From positions 288,001 to 352,000 of the forward strand of contig CAWFAK010000017.1 in the NCBI GenBank assembly GCA_963813715.1: a stretch of 64,000 nucleotides of DNA, in the 5' to 3' direction. The DNA is from an uncultured Planctomycetaceae bacterium (GTDB taxonomy: Bacteria > Planctomycetota > Planctomycetia > Planctomycetales > Planctomycetaceae). Both the position numbers and the translations under genes were made by a program. A model generated the notes under the pieces. That model was not told the origin of the DNA. It saw only the letters and a program-made list of their open reading frames with translations, and made no database searches. Shown here one piece after another: positions 34,716-46,053 of the stretch (its first letter is position 1; each line of letters begins with the position of its first letter).

Positions 34716-36230
34716 ATGAGCACCAACACGCTTTCTCGCCCGACTGTCGGCCGGCTTCGCGCCGAGTTGGAGCGCGGGTTGTCGTCGGTCAACCAACGAC
34801 CGCGCTTGTGGCTGGGGTTGTTGGTGCTGCTCTTGATCGCCCAGGTTCGTCCCTGGTGGATTCCGCAACCCGACAGCCGCTGCTACTTGTCGATGGCCCG
34901 CAGCCTGGCCGAACAGGGACAAATGCTGAACCTTGGGCGTGAACATCTCTGGTACTTCCCGGGCTATCCGCTGTTGTTGACCCCGCTGTATTGGGTGAGC
35001 GAGCAGCCGGACTGGCTGATTTCGGCTTTTCAGTGGGTGGCGGCCGCCCTGTTGATGGTCGGCGTTTACCAGTGGGCCCGCCGGATCGTGCCGCAATGGG
35101 CCGTTTGGATCGCCGCCGTAAGCGCGGTGAACTCGGGCGTCTGGTTTCACGCGGCCCGCGTGCTGAGCGAAGTTCCCTTTATGTGCGCGCTCGTCTGGTC
35201 GGCCAACGCGGGGATCGCCGCGTACCGCAGCCGGACGTTATCGCGGACGATTGTGCTCACCATCGTGGCCGCACTGTTGGTGGCGGTGACGGCCATCATT
35301 CGGCCGGCGGGACTGATGCTGGCCGTCGGCTTTGGGCTGAGCCTCGGCTGGCAAGCGTTGCGCCAGAGGAAGACGTGCCAGCGGACGACGTGGCTGCGGG
35401 CGGTCGCGATCACGCTGGCGCTGGGAGTGCCGGCTTCAATCGGCGTCGTCACCTTCATGAAGATCGAGCAGTCGACCGCGACCGAGGAGTCGGCTCGCAC
35501 TTACTTGAGCAACTTCGGCGATTCGGCCCGCAGTCCGCTCGCCTCGTATCTCGAGGGCCTGCGGCTGGCGATTCGCGACAGCGGACGCGTCGTGATCCCC
35601 GGCATGTTCAAGGCCTACAACGAGACCGGCTGGCTCGACCCCAATCTCCTCATTTATGTGCCGGCCTGCCTGGTGCTGACGTGGGCCTGGTGGCGGCTGA
35701 CGCGGGAGACGGCCGATCCCCTGCTGCTCGGCGTTCCCTTTTACGTGCTGTTGCACGTCGTCTATCCGTACGAGGCCGGTGCGAGGTTTTTCGTGCCGCT
35801 GTTGCCGATCTTCTTGGCCAGCCTGGCGTTTTTGATCAAGCCGGGTGAGCGGCGGCGCGTGTTTGCGGTGGCTGCGTTTTGCGCGGCCCACATGTTGATC
35901 GCCGTGGTCTATTGGCTGGCCATCGACGCGCCCCGCGCTGCGGCCGAGGCCCGCCGCGGAGAGGAAATCGCCACGATCAGCCAACGGATCAAGGCCGACA
36001 ACCGTCACGTGGCGGCCGTCGATCTCGATGGCAATGACCTGCTGATGCTCGAATTGCAGCTCGACCGCCAGGTGCCACTGCGCGAGAAGACCTACATGGC
36101 CAACGACGAGTGGCTGGTGTCCGACCGGCGGCTCCAACCGGCGGGCCCCTATCACTTGTCGGCGACGACCGATTCGTTCGCGCTGTCACGCCGCGCCGTC
36201 GGCGGGCAGAACGCGCCGCTGGCGCAGTAG
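34716..36230 (+). CDS. Polytopic membrane protein, GT-C (ArnT/PMT-like) glycosyltransferase
   Basis: PDSRCYLSMARSL, PGYPLLL, VLSEVPF, IRPAG, ARFFVPLLP; about 11 TM segments. Confidence 0.7.
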   Translation: MSTNTLSRPTVGRLRAELERGLSSVNQRPRLWLGLLVLLLIAQVRPWWIPQPDSRCYLSMARSLAEQGQMLNLGREHLWYFPGYPLLLTPLYWVSEQPDWLISAFQWVAAALLMVGVYQWARRIVPQWAVWIAAVSAVNSGVWFHAARVLSEVPFMCALVWSANAGIAAYRSRTLSRTIVLTIVAALLVAVTAIIRPAGLMLAVGFGLSLGWQALRQRKTCQRTTWLRAVAITLALGVPASIGVVTFMKIEQSTATEESARTYLSNFGDSARSPLASYLEGLRLAIRDSGRVVIPGMFKAYNETGWLDPNLLIYVPACLVLTWAWWRLTRETADPLLLGVPFYVLLHVVYPYEAGARFFVPLLPIFLASLAFLIKPGERRRVFAVAAFCAAHMLIAVVYWLAIDAPRAAAEARRGEEIATISQRIKADNRHVAAVDLDGNDLLMLELQLDRQVPLREKTYMANDEWLVSDRRLQPAGPYHLSATTDSFALSRRAVGGQNAPLAQ

Positions 36231-36284
36231 TCGTCGGTGTCCGTGTCATGCGGACGCGCGATGCCGGCTGTGGCAGTCCGGCCG

Positions 36285-38972
36285 TTATTCCGTGACTTCG
36301 GCGGGGATCACCGGGTGGGCCGCCAGGAAGACCGGGCAGTGCGCGTGGGTCAGCACGTAATTCATTTCGGAGCCGCACAGCCGGCCCCTTTCCAGCGGGC
36401 GTTCCTGCGGCAGCGGCAAGAACGATTAACTCGTAGTGCCCGTCCTTCGCCAGACGCACCACGTCCTGTCCATAGGCGGCACCGAACGAGTCGACTTTGA
36501 TCTCGCGGCCGAGCGTGCGGGCTCGTTCCAGGTCGCGTTGCAACACGCCGTTGGTCGACGCGTTCGATTCTTCCTGCGGCGGGATGGCCGCCACGTCGAG
36601 GACGACCTTGCGATCGAGCATCGTCAGCACCCAAAGGAAGAGGTCGCTGCTGACGGGCGTGGCGTCGTGAATCAGGAGGACTTTGTCGACACCCACCCCG
36701 GCCGCGCGCAAGTCGGCAACCGATCGTGCGTGCCGCTCGCCGAACTTGGGAATGCGATTCCCGCCTTCGACGTCAAAATAAACGTCCCGGTTGCGGCTCA
36801 AGACCCGTACCGTCAGCCCGGGCGGCCGGCCGTCGTGCAGACTGATCCAATAGAACGAGATCTGGTCGAGCTGCTCCTCGGCCGTGAACTTGTTCGACGC
36901 GCCGACTACCACTTCCTGGGCCTGGATCTCCTTGGCCACCCGCAAAATGGCGTGCAGCGGGCTGTTGGTCGGCACGATCAGCGGACGGACCTTTTTGCCC
37001 ACTTTTTCTGCCCGCTCGACAACCGCGGTCATCAGCTGCTGATCGTAGGTATCCAGGTCGAGTCGGCCGGTGCCCGTCTCCCCGCCGGGAACCGTCATTT
37101 TCGCCGTCATCACCACGACGTCGGTCGTGTTGGGGTCGCTCTCGGCCAGCGCCTTCTCCAGCATGAACAAGTTGTGCGGCGAGCGGATGGCCACCAGCTT
37201 CCGATATGGCTTGGTCAGCCCAAAGCTCTCCTGTTTGATTTCGGGTAGCACCTGCTGGTTGAACTGCTCGAGATGCACGTGCTTGGTGCCGCGGCGTTTC
37301 TCGTTCACCGCCTCGGTCACGACGAAGATCGTGAGGAACACCGCGCTGAAGGCGGCCCCGCTGATCGTGGCGACTTCCTTCGTCAGCAGGTTGGCGATCG
37401 CAGACGCCAACACGACCACCGAGATGATGCCGAGCCCGATCGGCAGCTCGTACTTGCCGAACTGAATGTTGAAGGGCACCTTGAATTCGCGCGGCGTATG
37501 GTCCTTGAAGCGCAGCACCACCATCGACAGCGTCTTGAACGTGAAGCTCCAAACGACGCCAAAGGCATACGCTTCGCCCAGCAGAATGAAGTCGCCCCGG
37601 CTGGCAACGATCGTAAACAGCTGCAAGCCGACGATCAGCCACAGGATCCGCGAACTCGTGCCGTATCGCACGTGCGGCTTGAGAAACCAGTCGGGCAGCA
37701 CGCCGTCTTCGGCCACGCGGTTGAGCACACCGTTGGAGCCGATGATCGAGGTGTTGACCGCTCCCGACAGGATCAAGAAGCCGACGACCACCACGAAAGC
37801 GTTGAGCAACAGCTTGAGCGGCACCGGTCCCACCATATGCATCGCCAGGCCGCCGATAAAGTTGTCGTAATATTGGCCCATCCGCTCGCCTTCGGGGATC
37901 AGGATCACGGCCAGAAAGCTGACCGAGCCCGTGAGCAGTACGCTGTAGACAAAGACGATAAAGGCCGCCTTTTTGAAATTCTTGAGCTTGGGGGATTCGA
38001 CCTCCCGATAGACCTGCGCAAGCGTCTCCTCGCCGCTCATCGCCAGGATCGAATGCCCGAAGGCGATCACGACTCCCGCCAAGCCGATCAAAGTCAGCCA
38101 GGCGGCCGAGCCGGAGTTCCGCAGGGGCTCGGCAATCGAGGGGAAGCGCCCAGGAAGCCCAGTGGATCTTCCTGGCGGCCGGTCACGGGGTTCATCTTGG
38201 GAACCCGCTCGCCCGTGTCGGTGACGGTGAATTTGGGATTGAGGTCGGGGTGCCAGCTCGGCACCTTGTTGGCTGCCCCGTTCGTCGCCAGCGTCACTCC
38301 GCTCCAAGCCAGGATCACCAAACCCATGATGGTGGTGGCGATCATGATCTTGAGCGCCTTGTCGCTCGATTCATGGATCCCCAGCATGTTCTGGCGGAAA
38401 AAATAGAGGGTGATCACGCAGGCGATCGCGACGGCCCCCCAGCCTTTGATGTCGTGTTGCAGCCCGACCGGGATGGGGACGTGCAGGTAGATGGTGAGCG
38501 CGTCGATCCCCAGCCCGCAGATGTACTGCCCCGCCGAGACGCCGCTAATGGGCCCGGTGAGAATGTAGTCGAAGAGGAGCGCGGAGACGGAGAGCTTGGC
38601 GACGAAGCCCCCCATCGCCTCCTTGACGACGCGATAAACGCCGCCGCGCACAAACAACGCGCTGGACTCGATATAGACGGAGCGCATCGCGTAACTGAAC
38701 AGCAGTACCCCCAAGATGAACCATGGGGCCGCTGGTCCGATGGCGCTCTCGACGATCGCCCCGATGTAGTAGGCCGTGCTCGCCAGGTCGCAGAGTACGA
38801 CCGCCGCCGTCCGCCAGTACGAAATGAACGTAAACGTCACGCTGCTGATGACGATGACTTGGGCAGCGCGGATGGCCTTGGCGGTGGTGGTCGAAAGCCC
38901 GGCCGAAGGAGCACCATTGGGAGTAGACAATGAGGGGGAAGACGAGGCCGGACCGGTCGTTTCGTTCGACAC
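36285..38972 (-). CDS. APC-family permease with C-terminal USP-like domains; frameshifts near 38140 and 36390
   Basis: DLASTAYY, GGVYRVVKE, LAMSGEET, LGEAYAFG; soluble C-terminus ILRVAKEIQAQEVVVGAS and NYVLTHAHCPVFL. Confidence 0.85.
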
Positions 38973-39371
38973 GAGAAGTTGGCGCCCTCTTTACTGGTGC
39001 GATGGCGGCCGCCGATTCGCGGTTGCAAAATGCCTGTGCGGCATCCGGCGGGTTGGCGATTTGCCCGGCAGGCCGCGGGCGGAATAGTCGCCCGCAATTG
39101 GCAAACGGGCAATTCTCCCGAAAATGAGCGGATGTCGTCAAGGAGGAGGCCTTTGGTCCGGTTTCGCGGGATGCGGGCAAAAGTCCCGGAACTCACGGAG
39201 GTCGCCGCGTGTTCTTATTCTCAACCGGCCACTCTGGTTGGACTGTGCCTGCGCGACGTCCTTGCTTGTTCGCCCGCTCCGACCATTAAATAATCACAAA
39301 CCCGCCCCGTCCGGCGGGATCGGCCTTTCGAGATCGGACGATCTCCGTTCAACGGCCTGGACTTGCGATTC

Positions 39372-40761
39372 ATGGCTCACGCTGGACGCGACCTTGGACC
39401 TCCGGCGCTTTCTCGCAGCCTGAATCTGCCGCAGGCCATTTCGCTGAACATCGCCAATATGGTCGGTGTCGGGCCGTTCATCACCATTCCCCTGATGTTG
39501 GCGGCCATGCCGGGGCCGCAGGTCATTTGGGCCTGGGTGGTGGGCGGATTGCTGGTATTGTGCGACGGCCTGGTCTGGAGCGAGTTGGGGGCCGCGCTGC
39601 CTGGCAGCGGCGGGTCGTACCACTTTCTCAAAGAGATTTACGGGCGACTCGACCCGACCTGGGGACGGCTGATCCCGTTCCTCTTCGTCTGGCAGTTCCT
39701 GTTTAGCGGCACGTGCGAGACGGCCTCCGCCTACATCGGGGGGCTCAAATATCTCGAGTATGCGATTCCCGGGCTCGAGGAGACGCTCGCTCGCTGGCAC
39801 GTTCCCGGCGGCACGCACACGCTGGCGGCCGCCCTCAGTGTCGCGGTGACGATCCTCTTGTGCCGCAACATTCGCGTGCTCGGCCAACTGAGCGTGTTTT
39901 TCTGCGCGGGGATCCTCGGGGCCCTGCTCCTGGTGATCGTTTCCGGCCTGCCCGATCTCGACTGGCGCCTGTTGCACGTCCCAGCCGGCACCTACGACGT
40001 GCAAAACGCTCCCCACTTTGCTTGGGGATTGGGGGCGGCGATGACGATCGCCATCTACAACTATTTCGGCTACTACAACATCTGCTTCCTCGGAGACGAG
40101 GTTAAAGACCCCGGCAAGACGATTCCGCGGGCCGTCATCAGCTCCGTTTGGATGATCGGGATCCTCTATATCCTGATGACCGTCGCCATTATCGGCGTGA
40201 TCCCTTGGCGGGAGGCGGCCGAGTCCGAGGCGGTCGCCGCCAACTTGGTGTCCCTGGTTTTCGGCCCGCATTTGGCGACCGCGTTTGCCTGGCTAGTGGT
40301 GTGGACGGCGCTGGCCGGGCGTGTTTGCCATGTCGCTGGGCTATTCGCGGATTCCGTTCGCGGCCGCCCGCAACGGCGACTTCTTTCGGGTCTTCGGCAC
40401 ACTGCACGCCGGCGGCTTTCCGGTGATCTCGATCATCTGCCTGGGAGCACTGACGACGGCCGTTTGCTATCTGCAGCTTGGCGATGTGGTCGATGCGGCC
40501 GTCGCCGTCCGCATCCTGGTGCAGTTTGTCGGCCAGATTGTGGGGCTGCATATTCTCCGTACGACGCGACCCGACGCCCGCTTGCCCTTCCGCATGCGGC
40601 TTTACCCGATTCCCAGCTTCATCGCTTTAGTTGGCTGGCTGTTTGTGCTGGCAACGCAAAAGCCGTTGGTCCTGGCGATTACGGTCGGAGTCACGCTGGC
40701 CGGCGTGCCGGCGTTCTGGGTTTGGAAAGTGGTGGAGAGACGCCGCATCGCCGTGCCCTAA
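39372..40761 (+). CDS. APC-family amino acid permease; frameshift near 40320
   Basis: NMVGVGPF, WSELGAALPGSGGSYHFL, YFGYYNICFLGDEVKDPGKTIPRA, YSRIPFAAA. Confidence 0.9.
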
Positions 40762-40825
40762 AGCCGGGACGCAAACCGGAGGGGCCGAGCGCACCCGCAC
40801 AGCAAACCGAACCGGGAGAAGAATC

Positions 40826-41547
40826 ATGGACCGCGTGCAACAATTGGCCGATCTGCTGCAGTCGATGACGGCCGTCGACCTCGCGCCGCGGTTGGAGCGG
40901 GGCATGCCGAGATATCCGGCCCACCCGCACCTGATCATCGACCCGACCGTCACGCACGAGCGTCATGGCTATTACTGCCAGTCACTGTCGATGCCCGAAC
41001 ACATCGGTTGCCACGTCAACGCGCCGGCACACACGGTCCCCAAACTGATGGATTCAACCGTCGATACTCTGCCCGTCGATCAACTTGTTGGTCCGGCCGT
41101 CGTCTACGACTTCTCCCAGCGCGACCTGCAGCCAGGCCAGACGCTGACGGCCGACGACTTTCTGGAGTACGAGCGCGATCACGGCGTGCAGGCGGGAGCG
41201 GGCGACATGCCGCTGGTCTGCTTCGGCTGGCACCGCCGGCACTGGAGTTCACCCGCTTTCTACGAGCGCAACCAGCCCGGGAATGGACGAAAAAGTGACG
41301 GTGCTGTTCGCCGAGCGGCAAAGTCCGCGCAGTGGGAGCCGACACGATCGCCTGCGAGATTCCGTTCGTCAAAGGCGTGGCGGGCGACGCGCCCGGCCAC
41401 CGCAAGCATTGGCTGCCCAACGGCATCTTGATCGTGGAGTGCCTGGCCCAACTCGAAAAGCTGCCGTCGCGCGTGTTCCTGGTCGCCGCGCCGCTGCCGA
41501 TTGAAAACGGCTCGGGCTCGCCGCTAAGGCCGATCGCGTATTTCTGA
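40826..41547 (+). CDS. Cyclase family (kynurenine formamidase-like) metal hydrolase; frameshifts near 41280-41315
   Basis: EHIGCHVNAPAH (HxGTHxDAPxH variant), GADT, HWLPNGILIVECL, PLPIENGSGSPLRPIA. Confidence 0.85.
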
Positions 41548-41587
41548 CCAAGCCCCGAAGGCACAAAGAAAGACGCAGAAATTGGCT

Positions 41588-42094
41588 GACTCGACTGGTC
41601 GACGATTACCGAGCCAAGTCCGGGTGACCGGGGTGGAGCTGTCAGCTCGCTCCCAGGTCCGCAACGCCGGTCTCCCTGTTCAATGAGAGTGTCCGGACCG
41701 GATTCAGACTTCGTCCTAAACCGCATCTGCTGCAGCTCTTAACACCGGTCTAAATCCGAATTGTGAAGATTAGACCGGACCGGACTCGACTGGTCGCGAC
41801 TCGAGTCATTCGGTCGAGCCGTCAGGCTCGCCCCCGGGTCCGCGATCGCCGGTCTCCTTGTTCAAATGAAAGTGTCCGGACCGGATTCAGACTTCGTCAT
41901 AAACCGCGTCTGCTGCAGCTCTTAACCCCGGTCTAAATCCGAATTGTGAAGATTAGACCGGACCGGACCTGACTCGGCGTTTTGTGCTTATAGTCGAGCC
42001 CAGCACCGTCTGGCTGGGGTCGAGCCAGCAGATTCGCCCCCAGGGTCCGCGACCGCCGGTCCTCGTTGTTCAAATGAGAGTGTCCGGACCGGAC
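41588..42094. repeat. Tandem non-coding repeat array: two full units plus one partial, spaced 183 and 208 bp
   Basis: 41688-41785 vs 41871-41968 match at 95/98 nt; third partial copy ends at agtgtccggaccggac (42079-42094); internal hairpin CCGGTCTAAATC-N11-GATTAGACCGG. Confidence 0.95.
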
Positions 42095-42107
42095 CCGTCG
42101 TCATCCG

Positions 42108-42161
42108 ATCACTGAATGGCCACCCATCACCGAACGGCCGCCGATCGCCGAATGCCCGCTG
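42108..42161. repeat. 3 x 18-bp degenerate tandem repeat
   Basis: atcactgaatggccaccc / atcaccgaacggccgccg / atcgccgaatgcccgctg. Confidence 0.6.
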
Positions 42162-42772
42162 TCAGGCGTCCACGAAATCCCGTCGGTGCCCATTCAACGG
42201 CCTTGCGGCGATTTCATCCCCGGCGCGCAAGCCGATCTCGGCCGTCACGACGGGCCAAACTCCATTCTGCCACAAATTGCCAACCAACCAAGATCGGTTT
42301 TCTACGCTCAGGTTTCGCGGTTACTCGGCGGGAATGCAGACGGGAGATTTGCCTTGGGTGCCATGGTTGAGCTTGCTCAACCGTGCTCTTAACCGTTCAG
42401 CAACCGGCACATTCGTTGGTCATCCCAGAAAAGCCGGGCAGGCATGGCGGCACAATTTGCCGGCCTAAGAATGGAGTTGGCAGAAAGGGCTGTCGAGAGT
42501 ACAACTTCTGCCCACGCCGCTCAGGATCTATAAAGACCGGCAGCTTCCGCACTTCCCGCCGCAACTCTCCCCGCTCCGTTTCCTTCACTCCGGCTCGGCG
42601 AAAGCCGCAGTCCAGACTCGTCTTTCGAGCCAATCGGCCTCCGTAACACGCCGGCTCCGCAGCCGTCACGGACAGACCTCGCCTACCCACGCCTGACATT
42701 CCGTAATCCGCTTGTCGTCAGTCACCAAGTGGCCGCGCCCGAATTGCGCGGCAGATGCGAAACTGAAACTGC

Positions 42773-44545
42773 GTGCTGAAATCCCAGCAAAACCTGACGC
42801 AGAGCCGATGGGCGTGTCGCTCGATCCTGGGCGTCTGCTTTTGTGTGCTGGGTTTTTGTGGAACTGCGTCGCCGAGCGCGGCCGACCCCGCTCCCCCGGC
42901 CGCGAACGGTTCGTCCACCGCAAGCTCTTCAGCAAACGGTGAAGCCAGAGCGTCGGCGCCGCTGGTCAGCATAACGGGGACGATCGCCGGCGATTCGGCT
43001 TTCAATCAAGCGCCCTTTGCGAACGAAGAGCCTCCGAGCATTGTTGCCAGTTTTGCGCCTGCCCCCGGCACCACACCGCCGCCCGCCAATGAAGTTCCGC
43101 CAAGCCCGGACGCCAATCCTTCGGCCGCAAGTAACCTCGCGACGGACTCAGCGTCCGGAGCAACGGACAAGGACAAGAAGACGGACGATGACAAGCTTGG
43201 CGACAAAGACAAAAAAGATGAATGGAACCTGCTGCCCAAGGGTTGGAACTTCCACGCTCAGACCACCATCATCGACGACTTCCAACCCGGATTCGGTGCC
43301 CTGTACTCCGGTCCCAACAGCCTGGGCACGGCCCGCGATCGCGAAGGGACGATTACCGCCGACCTTTTTCTCGGCGCGCCGTTATGGCAGGGCGCCGAGT
43401 TTCACGCGGATTTTCTTCTATGGCAGGGCTTCGGCCTGAGTAACAGCTTTGGCCTCGAGGCCTTTCCCAACGCGGACGCGTACAAAGCCGGCAGCGCGAG
43501 TCCCAGATTCATGTTTTCACACTTCTTTGTTCGCCAAACGATCGGCCTGGGCGGAGAACAGGAGGACGTGCCCGACGGCCAATTCACGCTGCCCGGCAAG
43601 CGGGACGTTTCGCGCCTGACGATCACCGCTGGCAAGCTCAACATGGCGGAGCTTTTCGACCAGAACACCTACAACCATGACCCGCACACACAGTTCATGA
43701 GCTGGGCGAGCACCATGCTCACCTGGGATTATCCCGCCGACACCATCGGTTACACGACGGGACTTGCCTTGGAGTTGAATCAGCCAAACTGGGCCGTGCG
43801 CTATGGATGGTTTCAATTGCCCAGCATTCCGAATGGCTTCACCGCCGACGACCGGATCTTCATGTATCCCGTCGAGCCCGGGGAGGTCACCTCCGACGGA
43901 AACTTTTGGAAAGAGTGGGGCATGATCACGGAAGTCGAGCGCCGTTGGCGCATCGACGATCATCCCGGCGCCATCCGGCTGCAGGCCTGGGTCGACCACG
44001 GTCTCCTCGCCAGCTACAACGCGGCGACCACGCTTCTCGTCGCCTCGCCTCCGCCGGCGAATACTCCTCCAGGAGCGGAAATCACCATCCCCGGGGCCGC
44101 CTTCAGTTACCGTTCCAAGTACGGCTTTGGGGTGAATTGGGAACAGGAAATTGCGAAGAACGTCGGCACGTTCGGTCGGGTGGGCTGGCAAGACGGCGAA
44201 ACTGCGGCGGCGGCGTTCGACGACGTCGACTGGACGGTACAGCTTGGTGTGAGCGTCAAAGGCGCCACATGGCACCGTCCCAACGACACCTTCGGTCTGC
44301 TCGGGAATTTGGCCGGTGCTTCGTCAGACCAGCAAGCCTTCCTGAAGGTGGGCGGCACGGGCATTCTGAACGGCGACGGCAACCTGACCTACGCGTGCGA
44401 GAAGTCTTTGGAAACGTATTATGACTTTTACATCGCGGCGGGCTGTCGCCTGGCGTTTGATTACCAGTTCTTCGCCGATCCGGCGTTCAACAGTGACCGC
44501 GGCCCCGTCAGCGTCTTCGGGGCACGACTTCACTGGGAGTACTAG
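42773..44545 (+). CDS. OprB-family (carbohydrate-selective/MnoP-like) porin with low-complexity N-terminal extension
   Basis: WNFHAQTT, YSGPNSL, GLEAFPN, WDYPADTIGYT, GILNGDGNL, ETYY, C-terminal beta-signal FGARLHWEY. Confidence 0.85.
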   Translation: MLKSQQNLTQSRWACRSILGVCFCVLGFCGTASPSAADPAPPAANGSSTASSSANGEARASAPLVSITGTIAGDSAFNQAPFANEEPPSIVASFAPAPGTTPPPANEVPPSPDANPSAASNLATDSASGATDKDKKTDDDKLGDKDKKDEWNLLPKGWNFHAQTTIIDDFQPGFGALYSGPNSLGTARDREGTITADLFLGAPLWQGAEFHADFLLWQGFGLSNSFGLEAFPNADAYKAGSASPRFMFSHFFVRQTIGLGGEQEDVPDGQFTLPGKRDVSRLTITAGKLNMAELFDQNTYNHDPHTQFMSWASTMLTWDYPADTIGYTTGLALELNQPNWAVRYGWFQLPSIPNGFTADDRIFMYPVEPGEVTSDGNFWKEWGMITEVERRWRIDDHPGAIRLQAWVDHGLLASYNAATTLLVASPPPANTPPGAEITIPGAAFSYRSKYGFGVNWEQEIAKNVGTFGRVGWQDGETAAAAFDDVDWTVQLGVSVKGATWHRPNDTFGLLGNLAGASSDQQAFLKVGGTGILNGDGNLTYACEKSLETYYDFYIAAGCRLAFDYQFFADPAFNSDRGPVSVFGARLHWEY

Positions 44546-44781
44546 TCCGAGTCAAGGCTCCTAAACCGCCGCAGCTGTGATCGGCAGCGCGGCCGAATTC
44601 CTCTCGACGCATTTTTGCGGCCGCGATATCATCCGGCCCCTTCCAGTCTCACCGCCAAATTTCTCAGCGTCCAATTTCCCACCATCGAATTTCTCACCTT
44701 CGACTTCTCTTCGCTTTCACGCTTGAATCCGGGCCTGTTCCACTCGCCGCCTCGCCTTTCCTTCGCCTTCCAACTTCCCGT

Positions 44782-45897
44782 TTGAAGATTCCGGATGAAG
44801 CTCCACTTCGCCAAGCGCCCTGCGCCGACGAGTCCTGGCGCGCGCGCCAGGGATGGATTGCGGCTGCCTGTGTCGCCGTGTTGGTCGGCGCATTGAGCGT
44901 CGTCGGCTGCGCCGATCCGCTCTTTCACCTGCACACTTTCGGCGACATCAGCGTTAATGCGGCAATTGCTCCCAATCCGAAACAAACGCCCGTCTTCGCC
45001 TCGCTGCTGCCGCACCGGCCCCACTTCCCCAGCGCCTGCCGCGTAGCCGTCATCGACGTTGACGGCGTGCTGCTCGATTCCGACGCGACGGGAATCGGCT
45101 CGCTGGGAGAAAATCCGGTTGCCCTCTTTCGCGAGCGGCTCGATGCCATCGAGCACGATCACTGCGTGCGGGCCGTCGTGTTGCGAATTCATTCGCCTGG
45201 CGGCAGCGTGACGGCGACCGACATCATGTGGCGCGACCTGCAGGCCTTCAAAGCTCGCACCTGTTTGCCCGTCGTCGCCTGCCTGATGGATGTGGCGGCC
45301 GGCGGCGGCTATTACCTGGCCACCGGTGCCGACTGCATCATCGCCCACCCCACGACGGTCACCGGGGCCATCGGCTGCATTCTCAACGTTTACAACCTGC
45401 AGGACATGATGGCCCAGTTCAACGTCGTCGGCATCCCGATCAAGTCGGGCAAGAACGTCGACCTGGGCACGCCGATCAAAGCGCTCGATGCCGCCAGCAA
45501 GAAGCTGCTGCAGGGCATGGCCGACGAATTCCACCAGCGATTCGAGAACATCGTGATGAGCCGGCGGCCGCAGGTCGATCCGCAAAACGGCGCCACGTTC
45601 GACGGCCGGGTGTTCACCGCCAGCCAGGCGCTCGCGGTGCGGCTGATCGACCAGATCGGTTACTTCGACGACGCGGTGCAACTGGCCAACGGCATGGCCC
45701 ATCTCAACTATTCGGAAGTCGTCTTCTACCATCGCAAGGGGGATCCGGCCTACTCGGCCTACTCGTCGACCCCCAACGTGCCGCTGCAGGACAAGCTGCT
45801 GGCGCTCAATATTCCGGGACTGGAACGGACGCGGATGCCGGCGTTCCTCTATCTGTGGGACATCGAGCCGTCGCTGGACCGCATCAACGGTAAATAA
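44782..45897 (+). CDS. sppA: Signal peptide peptidase SppA (S49), probable lipoprotein; start uncertain
   Basis: LRIHSPGGSV, AAGGGYYLA (Gly where the usual catalytic Ser of ASGGY lies), TGAIG, IKSG, DGRVFTA, LIDQIG. Confidence 0.8.
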   Translation: MKIPDEAPLRQAPCADESWRARQGWIAAACVAVLVGALSVVGCADPLFHLHTFGDISVNAAIAPNPKQTPVFASLLPHRPHFPSACRVAVIDVDGVLLDSDATGIGSLGENPVALFRERLDAIEHDHCVRAVVLRIHSPGGSVTATDIMWRDLQAFKARTCLPVVACLMDVAAGGGYYLATGADCIIAHPTTVTGAIGCILNVYNLQDMMAQFNVVGIPIKSGKNVDLGTPIKALDAASKKLLQGMADEFHQRFENIVMSRRPQVDPQNGATFDGRVFTASQALAVRLIDQIGYFDDAVQLANGMAHLNYSEVVFYHRKGDPAYSAYSSTPNVPLQDKLLALNIPGLERTRMPAFLYLWDIEPSLDRINGK

Positions 45898-46053
45898 GCG
45901 TCCGGTTTCGGGTACGCGCGCCGGCAAGAATTCGCTACAGTGGGGCTCGCGCCGGACGGAATCCGGGCGCCGCAGAGAGGGAAGGGAGTCCACTGCGTTG
46001 GCGGCACGGCAGCCCCATCGTTTGCGGCTCCGTTACTCAGGGGAGCATTCGAC

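Noticed and set aside
41732..41790. Integron attC site (bulged hairpin preceded by ...TTAAC)
   Set aside because: No matching RYYYAAC/GTTRRRY pair, no ORFs between units, and no integron integrase.
41588..42094. CRISPR array
   Set aside because: The conserved unit (about 165 nt) is far too long, there are only 2.5 copies, linkers are irregular, and no cas genes are in the window.
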